This document shows, piece after piece, positions 54,086 through 64,000 of a stretch of DNA of 64,000 nucleotides (positions are counted from its first letter, which is position 1; each line of letters opens with the position of its first letter). The notes beneath the pieces are model-generated. The model had not been told where the DNA came from. It was given only the letters and a program-made list of their open reading frames with translations, and ran no database searches. Origin of the DNA: an uncultured Acidobacteriota bacterium (GTDB taxonomy: Bacteria; Acidobacteriota; UBA6911). Position numbers and translations under genes: made by a program. The stretch covers positions 224,001 through 288,000 of the forward strand of contig CAWJKZ010000010.1 in NCBI GenBank assembly GCA_963843575.1. The letters run 5' to 3'.

Positions 54086-55059
54086 TCATGACGCGGTGGA
54101 GAGCCTGACGGCAAGCTCGAGCTGCGCTGACGAGGCTGCTCGTGACGGCGACGCCCTGGCCGGCGATGTCGAAGGCCGTTCCGTGATCCACCGAGGTGCG
54201 CACGATGGGCAGTCCGAGCGCGACGTTCACCCCCGCCTCGAAGTCGAGCAGCTTGAGCGGTATGTGCCCCTGGTCGTGGTACATGCAGACGATCGCATCG
54301 AACTTCCTGCGCCGCACGGCCATGTAGAACACGGTGTCGGGCGGATAGGGGCCGCTGACGTTCATCCCCTGCCCGATCGCCCACTCCACGGCCGGACGGA
54401 TCTCCGCGGCATCCTCGTCCCCGAACAGGCCGTTCTCCCCCGCGTGCGGGTTCAGCCCGGCCACCGCGATGCGCGGGTTGGAACGGATCCGCCGGACGGC
54501 GTCCCAGGTCATCCGGAGGATCCTGCAGATGCGATCCTTCTTCACGCGCTCTATGGCGGTCCGCAGCGAGACGTGCGTGCTCACGTGGGTCGCGATCAGC
54601 TGTTCGGAAACCAGCATGATGGTGACGTCCTGGACGCCGCAGACCTCGCCGATCAGCTCCGTGTGGCCCACGAACTTCGGGTCGGAGAGCCGCGTCGCCT
54701 CCTTGTTGACAGGCAGCGTCGTCATCGCCGAGATCCGGCCCGCAAGCGCGGCCTGTGCGGCGGTGATGATGTATTCGCGGGCTGCCCGTCCAGATTTGAC
54801 GTTGATCCGGCCGACCGTGATCTCCCCCGCCTTCATGATCCCCGAGTCGATCACGCAGAGCGCACCGTCGCGACTCTGCGACGGCTCGGTAACGGTTGCG
54901 ATCGGCACCTCGTATCCGAACCGGTCGTTGTAATATTCCAGCACCTCGCAGGTCGCCGTAGGCGACCACCGGGTACCGGAGCTCGCCCCCCCTCCACGCC
55001 TTCAGAAGTATCTCCGGCCCAACCCCGCTCGAATCTCCCACGGTTATTCCAACTAGCAT
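54086..55059 (-). CDS. pdxA: PdxA-family (PdxA2-type) 4-phospho-sugar-acid dehydrogenase; indels near 54945 and 54122
   Basis: TVGDSSGVGPE, GHTE, STH, GLNPHAGE, MYHDQGH, RTSVDHGTAFDIAG; adjacent to a DUF1537 kinase. Confidence 0.88.
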
Positions 55060-56216
55060 GGCAACTCCGATGGTGACCGGGCCAAACGCGCCCGGATTGA
55101 GGCCAGGACATCGCGCGCGCCGAAGCCGCCGGCCTTGCTGATCAGGAACAGCCCGCCCATTCTGGTGCTGCGACGCTGCACCTTTCGCGCGATGAACGAC
55201 AGCGGGACACCCGGAACCACGTCCCCTACCGGATGAAGCTCGGGTTCGCCCAGAGCCTGGAGAATCCCGAAGGCGGTGTCCCCGCCAAACACTACCATAG
55301 CATCAACCTCGGTGCTTTCGAGCACCTGGCGCACCATTTTGCCGACGTCCCGGGCGCGCTCGAGCCCGGAGCTTGCCAGCCCGGCGGTGTTCAGCCGCAC
55401 CCAGGGCGAACGGGCCAGCTCCCGCGCCGCGGTCTCCGGATCGACAGGACGGCAGCCACCCCCGCGCCGCGTCGACCTGCTGCGCCGACCGCTCGTTCAG
55501 GCTGCCGTTGACCACCAGGCAAGTCCGCAGCACCCGCGGGAGGCGCCGCTTCGCCCGCGGCCCGCCGAATCTTCGGGCGAGCTGCCACGCAAACGCCGCC
55601 GGACCGGCGGCGAGGCGCAGGCCGCTCGCGCAGAACACTTCCGCCGCGCGCCCGACCTCCTCGTCGGTCTCCGCGTCGACGACATGCACCGAGGGCCCCG
55701 AGGCGCCGCGGATCGCCTCGGGGCCGACCGACAGGGCGGTGACATCGGCGGCCAGGAGAGTGGGAATGTGGCTCTCGCGCACGGGGTTCAGCGGATCGGA
55801 CGCGAACGAGGTCTCGTCGACTGCAACTCCGTCCACGTACAACCGTCCGCCGCGCACCGTACGACCCAGCGCGGGATATGCCGGGACGTAGATGACAGGC
55901 ATCCCCGGAAAGGCCGACATCAGCCCGCGCACTTCCGGAGCGACGTTTCCGCGCAACGTGGAGTCGGTCTTCTTGTAGATCAGGGAAAACGAAGATGCTG
56001 CCGGAGGCCGCCTCGAACACCCTTCGGTGTGCCTCCCCGGGGGACAGGTGTCTCGTCTCGGTGTCGACGACCAGCGACTGCACTGCGCCGGAGGCATCGG
56101 AGACCCGGAACGCGCGTCGAGACGACCGCGGCCAGCCCCTCCCCTGCGAACTTGGAGCCGATTTCGAGCGCTCCGGTCAGGTCGTCCGCCAGACAGAAAA
56201 TAGTTCGATGACCCAC
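55053..56216 (-). CDS. Four-carbon acid-sugar kinase (DUF1537/DtnK family), frameshifted
   Basis: ADDLTGA, DTETR, YKKTDSTLRGN, PAYPALGR, GGDTA, SKAGGFG. Confidence 0.85.
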
Positions 56217-56335
56217 GTCTTATCATAGTCCAGGTGGACTGCCACTCCGGTCTGGAAAAGCCGACTGTGTGAGTGCCTTTGATCCGGCAGGAAGACCGGG
56301 AACCGTCACCGCGTCCCGGCCCGACTTGCCACGAG

Positions 56336-56902
56336 CTAGCGCTCGTGACGCGTCGGGCCTGGAGCAGAGAGCCGGCCGCCAGGAAGGGATGAGAATCCGG
56401 CGTTTTGGAAGGATTCTTGAGGGCGCTGCTCGCGCGTTGTGAGGTCAGATCCCGGCGGGCGGGCACCGGAATTGGAAGGAGTGGAAAACAGTTCGTGTCG
56501 TGCGCCCGCAGCGACCGCGACACTCTCCTCGCGTTCGCTCAGCAGGCTTTCCAACTGGGTCCTCAGCCGGGCAAGATCGACCGGCTTGGTCAGCATGTCC
56601 GCGGCCCCTTCACGGATAGCGGCGATCGCATTCGCCAGGCTGGCATAGGCCGTAAACAGGATCACGATCGACCCGGGGTGCTGACGCTTCAGCGCCCGCA
56701 ACATGTCAAGACCATCCAGGTTGGGCATCACCATGTCGGAGAGCACGAGATCGGGATTGATGGCGTCATACAATGCCAAAGCCTCTTTCCCATCCTCGGC
56801 CAGGTACACCTGGTATCCCCACGGCTCGATAGCCATCTTGAGGACCTCTCGAAAGGAGACTTCGTCGTCGACGATCAGTATGGATTTCCTTTTATCTATC
56901 AT
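56336..56902 (-). CDS. Stand-alone response regulator receiver (3' end uncertain)
   Basis: ILIVDDE, SDMVMP, TA, LTKP; C-terminal tail of about 60 aa with no recognisable domain. Confidence 0.85.
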   Translation of the reverse strand: MIDKRKSILIVDDEVSFREVLKMAIEPWGYQVYLAEDGKEALALYDAINPDLVLSDMVMPNLDGLDMLRALKRQHPGSIVILFTAYASLANAIAAIREGAADMLTKPVDLARLRTQLESLLSEREESVAVAAGARHELFSTPSNSGARPPGSDLTTREQRPQESFQNAGFSSLPGGRLSAPGPTRHER

Positions 56903-57005
56903 GCCTGCTCCACACTGGTCGGTGCGTCTCCACGGCTTACCGGGCGGGTGTCGCATTCCGCATCTGACTCGTCCAATTCCGGTACGCCAACAGACTCCAT
57001 CGCTG

Positions 57006-57020
57006 GCAATTGGCGTACCA
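57006..57020 (-). promoter_or_regulatory. Sigma-54 promoter of the receiver gene
   Basis: Minus strand TGGTACGCCAATTGC (GG-N10-GC); AT-rich IHF-like tract just upstream. Confidence 0.65.
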
Positions 57021-57107
57021 CCTGGTGATATTAGAGTAAGTCGTTTTGATATATATGTTTACAGACAGATCACTCGAATTGCCCGCAATTGACGGCTCCG
57101 GGGACCC

Positions 57108-57235
57108 GGGAATTTTTCCTCAACCGTGCACTCGCCGGGACTCCGGGAGGCAGGCAGGAGAGCGGAGCGTGCTCGAGGAGACCATCGGGGAATTTTTCCC
57201 TTAACCCAAAATTTGAAAAGAGGTAGAATTTCCCC
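57108..57235. promoter_or_regulatory. Candidate enhancer (UAS) repeats
   Basis: GGGAATTTTTCC at 57108-57119 and 57188-57199, variant GGTAGAATTTCCCC at 57222-57235. Confidence 0.55.
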
Positions 57236-57389
57236 GTGTGGTCAAGTGTCTGCCTATTGCTGAGCAGACTTACGATGCAGCAGATTGGGTACGATGTTGC
57301 GTCGGGATGTTCTGACATCGAGCTCTCCCCCTGGCCGCGGTGAGACGTTCCGGCGGCACGAGGCCAACACCAGCCGAAGGACGGGCTGC

Positions 57390-58751
57390 ATGATCAACCG
57401 CAAAACGAAGATCCTGGTCGTGGACGACGAGGCGGCGATGAGGGAGGTCCTGGAGATGCGCCTCCAGGAGTGGGGTTTCGAGGTGCGGCTGGCGGCGGAC
57501 GGGTTCGAAGGCAAGGAACTGGCGGAGACGTTCGATCCGGACGTGGTTATCTCGGACGTGGTCATGCCGCAGATCTCCGGCCTCGATCTGCTCCGTACGC
57601 TGAAGTCGGGGGACGCCGACCGGCCGATCATCCTGGTGACGGCCCAGGCGAGCATCGACGTGGCGGTCGAGGCGATGAAGGAGGGAGCGCAGGACTTCAT
57701 CACCAAGCCGATCGACTATCCCAAGCTGAAGGCCATCCTCGACTCGGCGGAGAAGGACATCGACCTGCGGCGCGAGTCCCGCAGGCTCATCTCGCAGCTC
57801 GACCGGGGGGCTGGATTCGGCGAGTTCGTCGGGACCAGCAAGCCGATGCGCGAGGTCTACGAGCTCATCTCGAGCCTCAGCTCGAGCGACGCCTCGGTCA
57901 TCGTGACGGGCGAAAGCGGCACCGGGAAAGAGCTGGCCGCGCGCACGATCCACCAGCTGAGCGCCCGCGCCAAGGGCCCGTTCGTGGCCATCAACGCGGC
58001 AGCGATCCCCGAGAACCTGATGGAGAGCGAGATTTTCGGGCACGAGAAAGGGGCGTTCACCGGCGCCGTGGGGGTGCGCGCCGGCTGCTTCGAACTCGCC
58101 AACCGCGGGACCCTGTTCCTGGACGAGATCGCGGAGATGCCGCTGGCTCTGCAGCCCAAGCTCCTGCGCGTCCTGGAAGACCGGAAGGTGCGGCGTCTGG
58201 GCGGCAACCAGGAATTCGTGGTGGACGTCCGGGTGTTGGCGGCGACCAACCAGGAGCCGCGCGGCGCGGTCGAGGCCGGCCGGCTGCGCGAGGACCTCTT
58301 TTACCGGCTCAACGTGTTCACGGTTGCACTGCCGCCGCTGCGCGAGAGGAAAGGGGACATCGCCCTGCTCGCCCAGAGCTTCATCTGCGAGTTCAACCGC
58401 AAGCACAACGCCCGGGTGGAAGCGATGCGCGACGACGCCCAGGAACTTCTCAGGTCGTACTCCTGGCCCGGAAACGTGCGCGAGTTGCGCAACGTGATGG
58501 AGCGGGCGGTAATCCTGTCCAAAGGAAATTGGATCGAAGCGTCTCACCTCCCGGCCTACATCGTCAGTGCCCGCACCGACTCCGTGGCCAAGATCGTCCT
58601 GCCCATGGGCGTTACTGCGGCGGACGCCGAAAAGGAACTCATCCTCAAGACGCTGAAGAAGACCGGGAACAACAAGGCCGAGGCGGCCCGGCAGCTGGGC
58701 CTGGATGTCAAGACCATCCGCAACAAGCTGAAGGCGTACGGCATCGTCTGA
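57390..58751 (+). CDS. NtrC-family sigma-54 response regulator
   Basis: Receiver domain; GESGTGKE, ESEIFGHEKGAFTGA, FLDEI, WPGNVREL; Fis-type HTH. Confidence 0.95.
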   Translation: MINRKTKILVVDDEAAMREVLEMRLQEWGFEVRLAADGFEGKELAETFDPDVVISDVVMPQISGLDLLRTLKSGDADRPIILVTAQASIDVAVEAMKEGAQDFITKPIDYPKLKAILDSAEKDIDLRRESRRLISQLDRGAGFGEFVGTSKPMREVYELISSLSSSDASVIVTGESGTGKELAARTIHQLSARAKGPFVAINAAAIPENLMESEIFGHEKGAFTGAVGVRAGCFELANRGTLFLDEIAEMPLALQPKLLRVLEDRKVRRLGGNQEFVVDVRVLAATNQEPRGAVEAGRLREDLFYRLNVFTVALPPLRERKGDIALLAQSFICEFNRKHNARVEAMRDDAQELLRSYSWPGNVRELRNVMERAVILSKGNWIEASHLPAYIVSARTDSVAKIVLPMGVTAADAEKELILKTLKKTGNNKAEAARQLGLDVKTIRNKLKAYGIV

Positions 58752-58783
58752 GGCTTCCCTTTCCCCCGTCCCGCGTGGGCACG

Positions 58784-60325
58784 ATGAAAATAGCGATGCG
58801 AATCATCTCCGGGTACGGCGTTCTCATCGCCCTGCTCGCCGCCCTCCTCGCCTACCAGGTGATGGCCATCCACAAGATGCAGGCGATCGGGAACACGATC
58901 GCCCGCGTCAACTTCCAGGCGGCGCTCGCCGCGCTGCAGTTGATGCGCGACCGGGACCTGGTCGAGGAGTACGCGAAGAAAGCTCTCGTCATCGGCGACC
59001 CCGAATACGGTGAGCCGCTGCGCGGCTTCGCGGAGGATCTTGACACGAGCCTGCAACAGATCCGCGCGACGGCCGTGACCGAACGGGAGCGGCAGGAGAT
59101 CGAACGCTTTTCCCAGTTCTGGGCCGAGTTCCGTGCGGCGCTGGGGCGCGAGCAGGCCCGCGCACCGGGGAAGCGCGCCGAGTTCCCGGGCGGGCTGCAG
59201 GACGGACTGGACTCCCTGCGAACGCAGGCCTTCACGGTCTACCAGCAGGTGCTGCAGTCGATCGCGAGCGAGGCTCAGCTCGCCCGCGACACGGGCCAGC
59301 GCGCCGAGCTGATGTCCTGGTTCGCCGCCGTCACCGCGCTGCTGGTGGGCGCCTTCGTTTCGCTCCTGATCGTCCGCTCCATTTCCATTCCGCTCCGGCA
59401 GCTCACCGAGGGGACGCGAGCGATCGCGGCGGGAAAGTTCTACTACCGGCTGGACACGTCGGGGAAAGACGAGTTCGCCCAGGTCGCCCGCGACTTCAAC
59501 ACCATGACCGAACGGCTCGGCGAACTCGACATCATGAAGAAGGACTTCGTGTCGCACGTGTCGCACGAGCTGAAGGCGCCGCTGGCGTCCATGCGGGAAA
59601 CCACGCAGCTGCTGCTCGAGGAGATCCCCGGCCCCCTCGCCGACAAACAGCGTCGGCTGCTCGAACTCAACATGCAGAGCGCGCGTACCCTGAGCTCGAT
59701 CGTGGGCAACCTCCTGGACATCTCCAAGATGGAGGCCGGCATCATGGAGTACGACCTCAAGCCGCAACCCCTCGCGCCCCTGGTGCGCGCCGCCGTAGGC
59801 CAGTACGAGGCGCCGGCGGCAGGGAAGAGGATCGACCTGCGCACGGAGATCCCCGCGCAGCCGATCCTGGTCGACTGCGACGGCGACCGCGTCGTGCAGG
59901 TCATCGCCAATCTCGTCGGCAACGCCGTCAAGTTCACGCCGCAGTCGGGCGCGATCCGGGTGCGGCTCGAGCAGCTCCGGCAAGCGCCGACACGCATGCC
60001 GACGCGATGGCACAACGCCCTCGCCGACCGGAAGACGGATGGCGGCTTCGCGCAGCTCACGGTGAGCGATTCGGGCCCCGGCGTCCCCGATGCCAGCAAG
60101 GAGAGCATCTTCGAGAAATTCCACAGGGCCGCCACGCGCCGCAAAGTCGCCGGGCAGGGCGTCGGCCTCGGCCTGGCCATCGCGCAAACCGTCGTCGAGG
60201 CGCACCGCGGAGCCATCTGGGTGCAGGACAATCCTGAGGGGGGATCGGAATTCTGCGTGCTCCTGAGGCTGAACGACACGGCCGAAGGCACGGCGCCGGC
60301 GCACCGCAACGAGCAATCCCTGTAG
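58784..60325 (+). CDS. HAMP-containing sensor histidine kinase
   Basis: Two TM helices, HAMP, SHELKAPL, NLVGNAVKF, DSGPG, GVGLGL. Confidence 0.93.
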   Translation: MKIAMRIISGYGVLIALLAALLAYQVMAIHKMQAIGNTIARVNFQAALAALQLMRDRDLVEEYAKKALVIGDPEYGEPLRGFAEDLDTSLQQIRATAVTERERQEIERFSQFWAEFRAALGREQARAPGKRAEFPGGLQDGLDSLRTQAFTVYQQVLQSIASEAQLARDTGQRAELMSWFAAVTALLVGAFVSLLIVRSISIPLRQLTEGTRAIAAGKFYYRLDTSGKDEFAQVARDFNTMTERLGELDIMKKDFVSHVSHELKAPLASMRETTQLLLEEIPGPLADKQRRLLELNMQSARTLSSIVGNLLDISKMEAGIMEYDLKPQPLAPLVRAAVGQYEAPAAGKRIDLRTEIPAQPILVDCDGDRVVQVIANLVGNAVKFTPQSGAIRVRLEQLRQAPTRMPTRWHNALADRKTDGGFAQLTVSDSGPGVPDASKESIFEKFHRAATRRKVAGQGVGLGLAIAQTVVEAHRGAIWVQDNPEGGSEFCVLLRLNDTAEGTAPAHRNEQSL

Positions 60326-60367
60326 GCGTGAAACCCGCAGGGACAGCCGCCGCCGCGGTCCGCAGGG

Positions 60368-60826
60368 TCAATCCGTTTGGCTCAAACCCTTGACGTAGCC
60401 GCGCGGGGCACCGTAGCGCAGGACGCTCACGGTCACCTTCTGCCGCCCGAACTGAATCGCCTGCTGAAGGTTCGACATGTAGATGTCGATGATGCGCCCC
60501 TTGACGAGGCGCCCCGTGTCCATCACCCGGTAAATGCCGCGGTGGCGCTCACTTTCCACGTGCACGAGCGTCCCCAGGGGCAGCACCGACGGGTCGGCCG
60601 CCGCCAGGCCCGGCGCCGCGGGCACACCGGACTTGGTGATCCCCGATTCGCAGTAGGCGGTCGCCTGGAACTCCATCGCGGGTCCCGGCGTGACCGCTTC
60701 CTCGGCCTTCGCGCCCCCGGGCGCGAAACTCCCCGCCATCTGCCCCAGGATCAGGACCGCCGTACCCGCCAGCAACCTCCTCGCCGACCGCAAAAAACAC
60801 GCGCGTGCATTGTCCATATGCTGCAT
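60368..60826 (-). CDS. 3D-domain protein (peptidoglycan remodelling)
   Basis: ATAY, AADPSVLPLG, DTG, IIDIY; N-terminal hydrophobic segment. Confidence 0.88.
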   Translation of the reverse strand: MQHMDNARACFLRSARRLLAGTAVLILGQMAGSFAPGGAKAEEAVTPGPAMEFQATAYCESGITKSGVPAAPGLAAADPSVLPLGTLVHVESERHRGIYRVMDTGRLVKGRIIDIYMSNLQQAIQFGRQKVTVSVLRYGAPRGYVKGLSQTD

Positions 60827-60986
60827 CGATACCCCCTTGGCTCAAAACAAAGTGACTACGGCCCTGGATGGGTGAGATCGTTACGATTCAGCGAACGCGA
60901 GCGGGCGCGAGAGAGAGTAGAACGATCGTGGGAGTTGGGACACACAAATAGGAATTAGCATTCCCCGATCGAAAATCATGGTCAAA

Positions 60987-61015
60987 ATGCTACTGTATAT
61001 CCCGCGCTTAGACAA
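60987..61015 (-). promoter_or_regulatory. Sigma-70 promoter of the 3D-domain gene
   Basis: Minus strand TTGTCT-N17-TAGCAT. Confidence 0.55.
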
Positions 61016-61345
61016 CCCCAAAAAATCGAGTGCCGCCCCACAACCGGCCGCCGCCGCGCATCCGCGGCCCCTCTACCCTTCCGGCGGGCGGCCCCAATCA
61101 TTTTTTTGAGAGCGCTTTACGGCCGGCTGAAAGGAGATTTCAGCAGAAATCCGCGCGTGGGGCATATCACCCGCCGGCGAAATTTTTTTTCGCGAAACCA
61201 TCGGGGGAAGCAGTCCATGGCCTCTCGGCGCGGCGGGGCGCCTCTTTCGCCATTCGAAGTGGGATGAGGCGTCAGGACATGTGATAGCGGTTTTAGGACA
61301 TAAGAAATTTGATTTTGGTCCCGGCGCGCCGCTGCTGTGGGGTTG

Positions 61346-62998
61346 TTACAGCAGGACCGACACCAGGATCTGCGCGAGGAGGATCTTGGCGATCATGGAC
61401 GCCGGGTAGACCGCCGCGTACCAGATGTTCGGGAGTTCGTTGCGCGCCTGCTGGTTCGCATAGGCGAGACAGGCGGGCTGCGTCTGCATGCCGGAGACCA
61501 TGCCCATCACGGCGGACATCGGCAGCTTCAGGAGCTTGTAGCCGACGAGCAGAGCGCCGACGGAAACGGAGGTCGTGATGGCGGCCCCACCCACGATCAG
61601 TCCCCATCCGCCGGCCCGGAAGGTTTCGGTGAAGCCGTGACCCGCCTTGGTCCCGATCGCCGCAAGGAAGAACACGAGCCCGATCTGGCGCAGCACGATG
61701 TTGGCGCTGTACGGGATCGTCCAGGTGATCGGCCCGCTCCGCTGCAGTCGGCCAAGCAGCAGCGCCGCCACGAGGGGGCCGCCCGCGAAGCCGAGTCTGA
61801 ATACCGAACCGTTGGGCAGCGGTATCGGCGCCATGCCAACGAACACGCCGATCAGGATCCCGAGCGACAGCGGCAGGAAATCGGTTTCGGAAACGGCCCG
61901 GAGCGAGTCGCCGAAGAAGCGTGTGATGCGGTCCAGGTTCTCGCGCCGGGTCACCACACGAATGCGGTCCCCGAGTTCGAGGACCGTGCTCTCGGACGGC
62001 ACGAAGTCCACGTCCCCGCGCCGCAAGCGGGTGATGGTCGCGTCGAAGCGCTTCTGCAGATCGATTTCGGCGACGGTCTTTCCGACGACCGCCTTGTCGG
62101 AGACGAATATCCTGCCGTAGATGAAATCGTCCACGTGCCCTTCGTCGATCGCGAGGTGCTCGGCTGAGACTTCGCCGAACAGGAGGCGTGCCCGTTCGAT
62201 GCCGCCCGCGACGCCGACGACGACGATCAGGTCGTCCGTCGCAAAGACGGTGTCGGGCGTGACGATAGAGGTGATCCCCCCCTTGCGGATGCGGCTCAGG
62301 ACGAAGCCCGGCCGGTCCATGTAACGCAGCACTTCGTCCACCCTCTTCCCCACGACGGCGGGGTTCGTGACCCGGAACGTCCGGCTGACGATCGTGTCGG
62401 GAGCGGTCTCCCTCATCTCCTTGACAAAATCGACGCGCAGCAGCTTCGAAAAAACATAGAACCAGAGTATGCCGCCCAGCACCCCGAAGGGATACGCCAG
62501 CCCGAAGGTCACCACCGGGCTGTTCGCGTACAGTTCCGCCGTTTCACGCGGCAGATCCGTGGTCATCTGCTTGACGGTCTCGACGGTGGCCGCCAGCGCG
62601 GGCGTGTTCGTCAGGGCCCCGCAGAAAAGCCCGACCGTGCTGGGGGCGGAGAGCCCGAGCGCGGCCCGCACCGTCAGGGCGGCAAGGGCGCCCGACCCGA
62701 TCATCAGGACCGCGAAGAGGTTGGTGCGGAACCCGCGCTTCTGAAAGGAGGCGAAGAAACCCGGCCCGGACTGCAGACCAATCGTATAGACGAACAGGAC
62801 GAGCCCCAGCACGTAGATGTACTCGGGGAGGTCGAGCCGCCGGTCGACTGCGCCGAAGGCCATCCCCACGAACAGCACCGCCGCGACCCCGAGGCTGAAG
62901 CCGCCGAGCTTGATGCTGCCGACGAGGAAGCCGATGCCGATGACGGTGAACAGGAGCAGCAGCGGGTTGCCGGCGAGCAGTTGCAGGATGGGGTGCAT
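61346..62998 (-). CDS. AspT/YidE/YbjL-family antiporter with TrkA-C domains
   Basis: LFVYTIGLQSGP, GALTNTPAL, YPFG, LGFAGGPL, GMQTQP, YAAVYP. Confidence 0.92.
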   Translation of the reverse strand: MHPILQLLAGNPLLLLFTVIGIGFLVGSIKLGGFSLGVAAVLFVGMAFGAVDRRLDLPEYIYVLGLVLFVYTIGLQSGPGFFASFQKRGFRTNLFAVLMIGSGALAALTVRAALGLSAPSTVGLFCGALTNTPALAATVETVKQMTTDLPRETAELYANSPVVTFGLAYPFGVLGGILWFYVFSKLLRVDFVKEMRETAPDTIVSRTFRVTNPAVVGKRVDEVLRYMDRPGFVLSRIRKGGITSIVTPDTVFATDDLIVVVGVAGGIERARLLFGEVSAEHLAIDEGHVDDFIYGRIFVSDKAVVGKTVAEIDLQKRFDATITRLRRGDVDFVPSESTVLELGDRIRVVTRRENLDRITRFFGDSLRAVSETDFLPLSLGILIGVFVGMAPIPLPNGSVFRLGFAGGPLVAALLLGRLQRSGPITWTIPYSANIVLRQIGLVFFLAAIGTKAGHGFTETFRAGGWGLIVGGAAITTSVSVGALLVGYKLLKLPMSAVMGMVSGMQTQPACLAYANQQARNELPNIWYAAVYPASMIAKILLAQILVSVLL

Positions 62999-63035
62999 CA
63001 GGATACCTGTGCTCCGTCCGAATGAGCCGCGCCGA

Positions 63036-63932
63036 TCACGTGCAGACTCGGTTGCGTCCCTGCGTCTTCGCGCGGTAGAGCATCTGGTCGGCGCGATCGA
63101 CCAGCGAGTTCGGGGTGTCGTCGGCCGTGGCAATAGCGCCGCCGATGGAGATCGTGACCTGCAGCGGTGCGGGAGTGTCCAGGCTGCACTGCTGAACGAG
63201 CATGCGGAAACGCTCGCCGATCTCCGCGAGGATCTCCGGGCCCGTGTGGCTGATGATGCCCAGGAACTCCTCCCCGCCCCACCGCCCCACGACGTCGGAG
63301 GAGCGCGTGCTGCCGTTCAGGGTGCGGGCAACCATCTTCAGCACCCGGTCGCCCGTCTCGTGCCCGTGGCTGTCGTTGATCCGCTTGAACCAGTCGATGT
63401 CCGCGAACAGCACGCCAAACCCGATCCGGTGGCGGCACAGGTCGTCCAGCCTGGTGCGGAGCTGCATCTCCAGGAACCTGCGGTTGGGCAGTTCCGTCAG
63501 GTCGTCGACGAGGGCCAGCCGCTTCATCGACGCGAGACTCTCGACCAGGGCGGCTCGCGCCTGCGTGCTGCTGAAAATCTCAACCGCGCCCACCACGGCG
63601 CCGGCAGGGTCGACGATCGGCGACGTGCGGACAAGCACGGCGACGCGGTGCCCCTCCTTGTGGTGCAGGTACACCTCGCTCTCGCGCGGCTGGAGGTCCG
63701 CCAGCGTGGCCGATAGCGGGCACCCCGACCTGCACAACAGCCGCCCCGAGCCGTCGACGTGCATCAGGATGTTGTCCATGCACCGCTTGCCCACCACCTC
63801 CGCCCGCGGGTAGCCGGTGATCCTCTCGGCCCCCTTGTTCCAGAACGTGATGCGCCGCTGAGGATCGGTGAAATACACGCCGTCGCTCAGATTGTCCAGT
63901 ATGTCGCGGTAGAAATTTTCCTGATCGTCCAT
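63036..63932 (-). CDS. PAS-PAC diguanylate cyclase
   Basis: PAS (WNKGAERITGY); DDLTELPNRR, DIDWFKRIND, RWGGEEF, ADQMLY. Confidence 0.93.
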   Translation of the reverse strand: MDDQENFYRDILDNLSDGVYFTDPQRRITFWNKGAERITGYPRAEVVGKRCMDNILMHVDGSGRLLCRSGCPLSATLADLQPRESEVYLHHKEGHRVAVLVRTSPIVDPAGAVVGAVEIFSSTQARAALVESLASMKRLALVDDLTELPNRRFLEMQLRTRLDDLCRHRIGFGVLFADIDWFKRINDSHGHETGDRVLKMVARTLNGSTRSSDVVGRWGGEEFLGIISHTGPEILAEIGERFRMLVQQCSLDTPAPLQVTISIGGAIATADDTPNSLVDRADQMLYRAKTQGRNRVCT

Positions 63933-64000
63933 GTGATTCAGAGAGACCGGATTGTATCATCTCGCAGCCAAAACCGTGCGATTTGCCTCCGGACACCGAG

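Noticed and set aside
57470-60325. 951-aa ORF suggesting a giant kinase
   Set aside because: The first ~438 codons are an off-frame shadow of the NtrC gene; the kinase starts at 58784.
60827-60900. c-di-AMP (ydaO) riboswitch call
   Set aside because: Only CGCTGAATC matches; downstream conserved elements are missing and the space before the start codon is too short. Kept only as an unknown leader.

Overview
GC-rich bacterial window, most likely Acidobacteriota. This is inferred from lineage-typical families: a Ser/Thr kinase with a PD40 propeller, a duplicated MacB-type orphan permease, Tat-exported Gfo/Idh/MocA and TIM-barrel proteins, DUF1080 and a CBM9-like protein. It holds about 48 genes, dominated by carbohydrate catabolism and signalling. 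No rRNA, tRNA, CRISPR array or intact transposase is visible. Many genes carry single-base indels (qNOR, UroD-family, E1, GH29, ppc, pdxA, DUF1537 and others), which look like long-read or polishing errors rather than true pseudogenes. Main points: (1) a divergent DeoR-controlled locus joins an atypical fused ThDP E1 alpha/beta and a lipoyl E2 (no E3) to a PHP hydrolase, a class II aldolase-SrlD fusion and a SorE-like reductase, a pathway I cannot match to a characterised one; (2) an XRE-HTH domain is in frame with myo-inositol-1-phosphate synthase, with a palindrome on its -35 box; (3) an isomerase-aldolase-kinase operon has a FucI-family isomerase that lacks the usual catalytic Glu; (4) three clean sigma-54 promoters, one driving an ECF sigma factor that has no adjacent anti-sigma; (5) two REP/REPIN families and a 200-bp MITE-like element.
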